Shown piece after piece: positions 58,699 to 64,000 of a stretch of 64,000 nt of DNA. The notes beneath the pieces were generated by a model, which was given only the letters and a program-made list of their open reading frames with translations, had not been told where the DNA came from and made no database searches. A program made the position numbers and the translations under genes. The stretch's first letter is position 1. Every line of letters begins with the position of its first letter. The DNA lies in the IMG/VR virus record IMGVR_UViG_3300027659_000024, one strand, 5' to 3'. The DNA comes from a virus. Its lineage: Duplodnaviria; Heunggongvirae; Uroviricota; Caudoviricetes.

Positions 58699-58808
58699 AT
58701 GAGTCAGACTCAAGATTTTAAAATCGGGGATGAAGTAATTTGTATAGATTGGAATAAGTTTGTTCAAATTACAGAACAAAAGATTCAAGAACAAGAGAAT
58801 AAAGGGTG
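58699..58808 (+). CDS. tiny ORF with KIGD motif (36 aa)
   Basis: FKIGDEVICI. SD TAAGGAGAAAA. Confidence 0.3.
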
Positions 58809-58813
58809 ATACA

Positions 58814-59122
58814 ATGTCATTAGATTTTGCCTATACTTGTCCAATAATTGATAGAAATATCAGAGAAGCAAAACAAACGATTGAAGATTATCTAGCAAGT
58901 TTGATTGAAGATATCTGTCCATATCTTGATGGTGAAAAACTTAAAGAACTTGCAAAAGATAACACTGAACCATTGTATAAAGATTTGGAATGCATTTTTG
59001 AAAAAGTAAGAGAGACAAACGAAGACATGAGAAAACAAGCAGAAAGGCAAATTAAAGATTTAGAGTCTGAAATTCAAGAAAAAGACTCTAGGATACAGTA
59101 TTTAGAAGATAAATACATGTAA
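58814..59122 (+). CDS. hypothetical protein
   Basis: SD AAAGGGTGA. Confidence 0.45.
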   Translation: MSLDFAYTCPIIDRNIREAKQTIEDYLASLIEDICPYLDGEKLKELAKDNTEPLYKDLECIFEKVRETNEDMRKQAERQIKDLESEIQEKDSRIQYLEDKYM

Positions 59123-59236
59123 GAAATTACTCATAACCGCTTTTTGCGGTTAGAATAAATACTCTAAAAATTCTATTGACTTTTGACTTGAGTTTTGAGA
59201 TACTACAAATACTGAAAAACATAACAGGTAAACAAA

Positions 59237-59473
59237 ATGAAATTTCAAAAGACAATTACAATTGCAGACTTGGATAAGTTCGATTACAGCACCATCCAGC
59301 GTGGGCAATGGATTCGACACGGGCAAGATGTTTACGGTCAATTTTTAGGCTTGACAAAAAGCAAAACTGTAGTCATACTACACAAAAGAGAGTACTCAAA
59401 AAATTACATGTCAAAATGGAATGAAAATTTGAAACGCCTGAAAGAGTTTGCTAACCAAAACAAAGGAAAATAA
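59237..59473 (+). CDS. hypothetical protein
   Basis: Promoter-like TTGACT upstream. Confidence 0.45.
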   Translation: MKFQKTITIADLDKFDYSTIQRGQWIRHGQDVYGQFLGLTKSKTVVILHKREYSKNYMSKWNENLKRLKEFANQNKGK

Positions 59474-59475
59474 TC

Positions 59476-59826
59476 ATGAGAGATACTGAAAAAACAACAA
59501 AGCAGGTTTTGATTGAAGCAAGACAGATTATTTCAAAACCTGAGAACTGGACTAAGTACAGAAGGTCAAGTGTTACGGTCGGAGGAATTGAAGTTGAGCC
59601 ATCTTCTCATTTGGCAAAGTGTTTTTGTGCTGTAGGGGCAATTCAGAAAGTTAAAAATTACGGCACAAGTGAAGCATATGAGTCAAAAGAAGTCAAAAAG
59701 CTAGATTTTGCATTAAAAAAATTATTAAATTATAATAATCGGGTTTTTATGTACAATGATCATTTTGAAACTACACATGAAGACATTTTGAAAGTTTTTG
59801 ATATGGCAATTGAGGCTGAAAAATAA
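59476..59826 (+). CDS. hypothetical protein
   Basis: Adjacent to the previous stop. Confidence 0.45.
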   Translation: MRDTEKTTKQVLIEARQIISKPENWTKYRRSSVTVGGIEVEPSSHLAKCFCAVGAIQKVKNYGTSEAYESKEVKKLDFALKKLLNYNNRVFMYNDHFETTHEDILKVFDMAIEAEK

Positions 59827-59928
59827 AATGAAAAATATTCAAAAAACACTTGACAAGCACGAAAGTTTAATTTATTCTGTAATCTCATTGGTAGTAATTA
59901 TTGTTTGGTTTAAATAAGGTAAATTCAA

Positions 59929-60183
59929 ATGGGTATCTTGTCAAATTTTTCTCTTGCTCTTGACTTGAAAAAAGAAAAAGGGTATAGTTTTAAAAATTCT
60001 TGGAAAATTGTAAATTGCGTAACTTCCGATCATTTATTTGCTGAACACGAAAATATTCAGAAAAAAATATTTGACAAACATCCAAATAAATGCGAAGATA
60101 CAAATTATGTAGTAACAATGTTTAGATGTAAAAATTGTGGTTGCGTTTCAACAAAATCAAAACTTGAATTTAAATTTTTCTAA
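59929..60183 (+). CDS. hypothetical Cys-containing protein
   Basis: CKNCGC motif. Confidence 0.4.
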   Translation: MGILSNFSLALDLKKEKGYSFKNSWKIVNCVTSDHLFAEHENIQKKIFDKHPNKCEDTNYVVTMFRCKNCGCVSTKSKLEFKFF

Positions 60184-60193
60184 GGAAATTATC

Positions 60194-60391
60194 ATGAGAG
60201 TTCAAAAATCTGTTTTAGGTTTTAACATTCACCAAGTATCACGCCGCTTGACTTGGAAAGATACCAACAAAGCAACCTTTGCACTGGATAACGGTGAAGG
60301 AAAATTGAAGCACTTTACATTCACTCGTGAAAATGGTCAAAACATTGTCAAGGGTCAATTCAAAGGCGCAAAGCAATTTATTTTGAATTAA
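60194..60391 (+). CDS. hypothetical protein
   Basis: SD CTAAGGAAA. Confidence 0.4.
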   Translation: MRVQKSVLGFNIHQVSRRLTWKDTNKATFALDNGEGKLKHFTFTRENGQNIVKGQFKGAKQFILN

Positions 60392-60395
60392 GGGG

Positions 60396-60428
60396 TTGAC
60401 AGGGTGAATTTTTATGTTTAAGATTCAC
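60396..60428 (+). promoter_or_regulatory. sigma70-like promoter TTGACA-N17-TAAGAT with GTGAAT...ATTCAC inverted repeat around the -10
   Basis: Direct read. Confidence 0.45.
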
Positions 60429-60463
60429 TCTACTGATTCAAATAAACCAAAGGGAAATACAAA

Positions 60464-60775
60464 ATGGAAAAACTACCAAAAACACACGTTGAATTTTGCA
60501 ACATGTTGTATTGTTGCATTGATTTTGAATACTTGGGAAAGTGTAGTCTTTTGGATTGTATAATTTCCGAAACAGGTAAAAATCAAATTTTAGAAAAAGA
60601 TGTTGAAAAATGGTTGCGGGGTTTACCTTCTGCTTGTACAATTCCGTTTCGTGATTTTGAAATATATGAAATTTTAAAGTCTTGTGGAAATAGTCAATGG
60701 TCAATTGATGATTATTGGAAATTTGCAGCTAGTAGGGTTTTACAATTTGCAAAAAAACCCAAGTTATATATTTAA
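60464..60775 (+). CDS. hypothetical protein
   Basis: SD AAGGGAAA. Confidence 0.45.
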   Translation: MEKLPKTHVEFCNMLYCCIDFEYLGKCSLLDCIISETGKNQILEKDVEKWLRGLPSACTIPFRDFEIYEILKSCGNSQWSIDDYWKFAASRVLQFAKKPKLYI

Positions 60776-61162
60776 AAACTATTAAACAAGGAATTGTGAA
60801 AAATGGATGATTTCAAAGAGTTCGACAAACCAAGCAAAAACAAACGACAAGCGCGATTTGCTCAAAAAGCAAAAGACAAGAAAAAGGATTATTGATCATG
60901 AGTAAGTGTGACAATATTGAAATGAATCAGTTTTTCATATCTAAAAAACCCACAATGGGTTTCTATTATAATCGTTCGGCTACGATTTGGAAACCTGCTT
61001 TGTATCATCGTTTTATAAATGATTGGGGTCAGCATGAACAGCAATTCATTAAATGGATGTGATCAAATAAATTAGAGTATTCATTCTAAAAATCTTATTG
61101 ACAATTTGTTTTGAAAATGTAATACTGTAATCACTGAAACAACCAAACCAAACAGGTGAAAA

Positions 61163-61561
61163 ATGAAAGTAAAAACAAATGAACTATCAGGTAATGCTTT
61201 AAATTGGGCTGTTGCTAAGTGTGAAAACATTAAATTGACTTTTGAATCTGGCAATCTATGGTTTAATGGTTCTCTTTCGGGTTATGAAGTATATAACCCT
61301 TCAAGCAATTGGGCGCAAGGTGGCCCAATTATTGAGATTGAGAACATAGAAATTCGGCCTACTTTAACGGAAGGCGGGTATAGAACTTCAAACAGTCAAG
61401 ATGCTGTTAGTGCTACGATTTTATTACCTAACGGGGCCACTGCGCTTGATATTGAAAAAGTAGTGTTTGATTATGGCCCCACCCCATTAATTGCAGCAAT
61501 GCGCTGTTATGTTGCATCAAAGTTCGGAGAAACTGTTGACATTCCAGAAGAACTACTTTAA
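61163..61561 (+). CDS. hypothetical protein
   Basis: SD AGGTGAAAA. Shares upstream leader with 63122. Confidence 0.5.
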   Translation: MKVKTNELSGNALNWAVAKCENIKLTFESGNLWFNGSLSGYEVYNPSSNWAQGGPIIEIENIEIRPTLTEGGYRTSNSQDAVSATILLPNGATALDIEKVVFDYGPTPLIAAMRCYVASKFGETVDIPEELL

Positions 61562-61733
61562 AATTCTTTCACTAAGTCAAAAAACAGGTAAAAAACATGA
61601 AACCACTTTACAAAGTTATTTTTAAAGAATCAGTGAAATTCTTTGAATCTTTTGACACCGCTAGAATTTTTGTGGTACAATCTGGATTGAGTGTTAACAA
61701 CATCAAAGCCCTTTAACTGAATAGGTGAACATC

Positions 61734-62054
61734 ATGCAAAACACAATCCAAAACAGTACCGAAGAACAAGTTGAAACGATTACACTGTACCGTGTCAAAA
61801 ATGACACTTGCGGAAACCCTAGATATGTTGTGCATTTTTTATCGTTATTGACTGAGGAAGAATCTAATTCTTTAGATGTATTTGAAAAATACAATCATGC
61901 ACTTTCAAAAGCCAGAAAGATAGGAGGAAAGAAATTCCACAATAAACAATTCGGCGGCGGTGTAGTGTTTCAGTGTTACAATACTGAGTCGCTTGTTAAT
62001 GAGATTGCAGTATTGACAAATCGTAAATTAAAAGGTTATATTCAAAGGGGGTAA
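61734..62054 (+). CDS. hypothetical protein
   Basis: SD AGGTGAA before ATG 61734. Confidence 0.45.
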   Translation: MQNTIQNSTEEQVETITLYRVKNDTCGNPRYVVHFLSLLTEEESNSLDVFEKYNHALSKARKIGGKKFHNKQFGGGVVFQCYNTESLVNEIAVLTNRKLKGYIQRG

Positions 62055-62357
62055 CATTTTGCTTTATTTTGTAATGTATATTGTATACGTGTTGTATCAA
62101 GGTGGAAAGAGTCAATAAATTAAAAAAATCTTGTTGACTTTTGAAAACACTTTCTTTAAACTTTAGTTATTGACTTTTTTAATCAGGTTGCAATGCTATG
62201 ATGAATCAATTTGTTGTTATGACTTACAATGGTGAGAAGTGTTTAGTTTTACAATCGCCTCACGTAGCTTATGATTTTTATTGGGGTTTTTATAGGATCA
62301 TAAAAAGATTACAGTAAAAATTCCTTTTTGCAAAAGCAAAAATAAGTGAATTTTTAT

Positions 62358-62413
62358 GTTGACTTTTCAAAATGAATGCTTTAATCTGTCTTTACTGACA
62401 AACAAACCAAAAG
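62358..62413 (+). repeat. 56-bp direct repeat copy 1 (promoter plus CA-rich leader)
   Basis: gttgacttttcaaaatgaatgctttaatctgtctttactgacaaacaaaccaaaag. Confidence 0.8.
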
Positions 62414-62421
62414 GTGAAAAA

Positions 62422-62646
62422 ATGGCATACGAAATTGAAGTTACTGATACATTTGCAGGTGAGGCAAATTACTCATGGGTTAGAAAATTCAAAGTACAAA
62501 AAGATTCTGTACGTGGGTGTATTTTGTGGCTTTCGAAGAATTATAAGAATGGTTGGAGAATTGACTATAAAACGGGTGAAGAATTTGCTAGATATAATTT
62601 AAACGGGTATACTATATGTTGTTTTATTCAATGGGTTGAAGAATAA
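62422..62646 (+). CDS. hypothetical small protein
   Basis: Start at MAYEIEV directly after repeat copy 1. Confidence 0.5.
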   Translation: MAYEIEVTDTFAGEANYSWVRKFKVQKDSVRGCILWLSKNYKNGWRIDYKTGEEFARYNLNGYTICCFIQWVEE

Positions 62647-62659
62647 AATTAAAAAACCT

Positions 62660-62715
62660 TGTTGACTTTTAAAAATGAATGCTTTAATCTGTCTTTACTG
62701 ACAAACAAACCAAAA
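62660..62715 (+). repeat. 56-bp direct repeat copy 2 (1 mismatch)
   Basis: gttgacttttaaaaatgaatgctttaatctgtctttactgacaaacaaaccaaaag. Confidence 0.8.
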
Positions 62716-62726
62716 GAAAATACAAA

Positions 62727-63005
62727 ATGAGAGTTATCGAAGAAAAAATGAATGCAGCAATTGCAAAGAAACAAAATTTCACATTGGATAACACGACAGT
62801 GTCCTACAATGAATCCGAAAACGTGTCAAGCATTTTGTTGCATGGAAACAACATTGCTGATTATTGGCATGGTTCGGGTTTGCGCGTCAATAGTCAAACC
62901 CTGAAACGGTGGCCTACTAATACCACAAAATCACGCCTTAGAGCACTAGGGGCAAACCTTTTTACAAAAAAGGGGACAATTTATCTAAACGGTCAAGCCA
63001 TATAA
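62727..63005 (+). CDS. hypothetical small protein
   Basis: Directly after repeat copy 2. Confidence 0.5.
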   Translation: MRVIEEKMNAAIAKKQNFTLDNTTVSYNESENVSSILLHGNNIADYWHGSGLRVNSQTLKRWPTNTTKSRLRALGANLFTKKGTIYLNGQAI

Positions 63006-63121
63006 AGTCTAAAAAGTCAAGGGTTTAATTAGAATCAATACTCTAAAAAAAGCCCTTGCATTTTCGGATTTACAATGTCACAATGTAATCACTGAAACAA
63101 AACAAAACAAGGCAAAATAAA

Positions 63122-63415
63122 ATGAAAGCAAAAGTTAAAAACAGAATGGTTCCTTCTTTTTTGTATTCCCTTGATGTTGCCTATCATTCAAGCGGTACAA
63201 TGTCGCTTGGAAATACAAAGATTTTTGATTTTTACAAAGTAGATAAATTGACGAGCGAACAAAAGCAGAAAATTCGAGAACAAATCCCGAATGTTTATTT
63301 AAAATCGGTGGGTTGTCAGTTTGCCCCTGAGATTGTCAAGGCTTGCATACTCGTACCAAAGGCAGCATATTACAGGCTGAAAAAACAAGGCGAAAAATTA
63401 GAAGAATTATTCTAA
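63122..63415 (+). CDS. hypothetical protein
   Basis: Leader shares TGTAATCACTGAAACAA with the 61163 gene. Confidence 0.5.
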   Translation: MKAKVKNRMVPSFLYSLDVAYHSSGTMSLGNTKIFDFYKVDKLTSEQKQKIREQIPNVYLKSVGCQFAPEIVKACILVPKAAYYRLKKQGEKLEELF

Positions 63416-63492
63416 AAAAGACTTGCAGGATTAAAAGAATTCACTCATAATATTGAAAGTACTACAAACAATTTAAAACAGAGGGGTTAAAA

Positions 63493-63654
63493 ATGCTTAA
63501 ATTTTATGTTCACGTTCCGGGCTGGGCTCACTCAATGACAGCATGTGGACACGATGAAAGAGATGCAAGGGATAGATTCAGAAAACAACACGGCATGTTG
63601 AGATTACCAAAAGGTACTAAATTTTGGATTGATGATACTCCTTTTGTGTGGTGA
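63493..63654 (+). CDS. small hypothetical protein (53 aa)
   Basis: SD GAGGGGTTAAAA. Not in the supplied track. Confidence 0.3.
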   Translation: MLKFYVHVPGWAHSMTACGHDERDARDRFRKQHGMLRLPKGTKFWIDDTPFVW

Positions 63655-63930
63655 GGTTTAAGAATGAATAGCAAAGATTTTATCAATACAATCAAAGACT
63701 TACACTGTAGACCTCGTTCTGTTGAGGCTGTAAAACGAGATTTTGTCTCCTTTATACAACATGTTTTATCGTATTGGTTAGCACAATGTATTCAACGAGT
63801 CAATAAAAGAATTAGAGTGTGTACTCTAAAATAACTCTTTACATATGTTTAAATGAGTGTATAATTAAACACATGGCAGGCAATAAAGCAGGTCACTAAG
63901 TGGAGTTATCAAAATGAGAGGTATTAAAAT

Positions 63931-64000
63931 ATGAGATTTGCATCAGTCACATGGGTGGATGGTGATTTTAATCGCACCGCTTCCGTGTTATCTTTTGACT
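63931..64000 (+). CDS. hypothetical protein, 3'-truncated at window end
   Basis: SD GAGAGG. ORF runs off the window. Confidence 0.3.
   Translation, partial: MRFASVTWVDGDFNRTASVLSFD

Noticed and set aside
62358-62715. Possible CRISPR array.
   Set aside because: There are only two repeat copies, separated by a protein-coding gene, and each contains a promoter. This is not a CRISPR repeat-spacer structure.
1-64000. Integrase, repressor or other lysogeny functions.
   Set aside because: No tyrosine or serine recombinase motifs or CI-like HTH-peptidase genes were seen. The window looks like a virulent-phage segment, but the genome is incomplete here.

Overview
This window is a contiguous stretch of a tailed dsDNA phage genome, visibly AT-rich, with siphovirus-like architecture (a roughly 1700-aa tape measure and no sheath gene) and no host flanks. 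Host signals point to a Gram-negative, probably low-GC proteobacterium. Genes carry strong Shine-Dalgarno motifs. Promoters read TTGACA/T-N16-17-(TG)nTATAAT. The spanins overlap in Rz/Rz1 fashion and several proteins have lipobox signals. From left to right the window contains:

- Structural module (1..20536): a 5'-truncated portal, scaffold, major capsid, connectors, major tail, tail chaperones with an AAAUUUU -1 frameshift site, tape measure, distal tail proteins and a tail fibre. A LAGLIDADG and a GIY-YIG homing endonuclease are inserted in it.
- Small ORFs, two lipoproteins and a lysis cassette (GH19 endolysin, holin, overlapping i/o-spanins).
- A minus-strand nucleotide-metabolism island: NrdA/NrdB, ThyX, a MazG-like and a second dNTP pyrophosphohydrolase-like gene.
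- A T7-like replication module: zinc-finger/TOPRIM/DnaB primase-helicase, a compact family-B-like proofreading polymerase, a gp2.5-like SSB with an acidic tail ending in F, a FEN exonuclease, an Endo VII-like resolvase, and a paralogous stand-alone HTH-exonuclease.
- A Prs-like plus NAMPT-like pair interrupted by an HNH endonuclease, which is the best candidate for an NAD+ reconstitution anti-defence module. A macro-domain gene sits nearby.
- An accessory block with a SleB-like hydrolase, an SPFH/band-7 lipoprotein with small membrane partners, an RNA ligase fused to a tRNA-binding (HPNAD-type) domain, a calcineurin-like phosphoesterase and an M28-like peptidase.
- An early-type region (about 54.6-64 kb) of many small ORFs, each with its own sigma70-like promoter. 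Two small genes there are preceded by a 56-bp direct repeat, and leader motifs are shared between genes.

I found no tRNA, rRNA, CRISPR array or integrase. All functional calls come from motif reading by eye and need HMM or structure confirmation.
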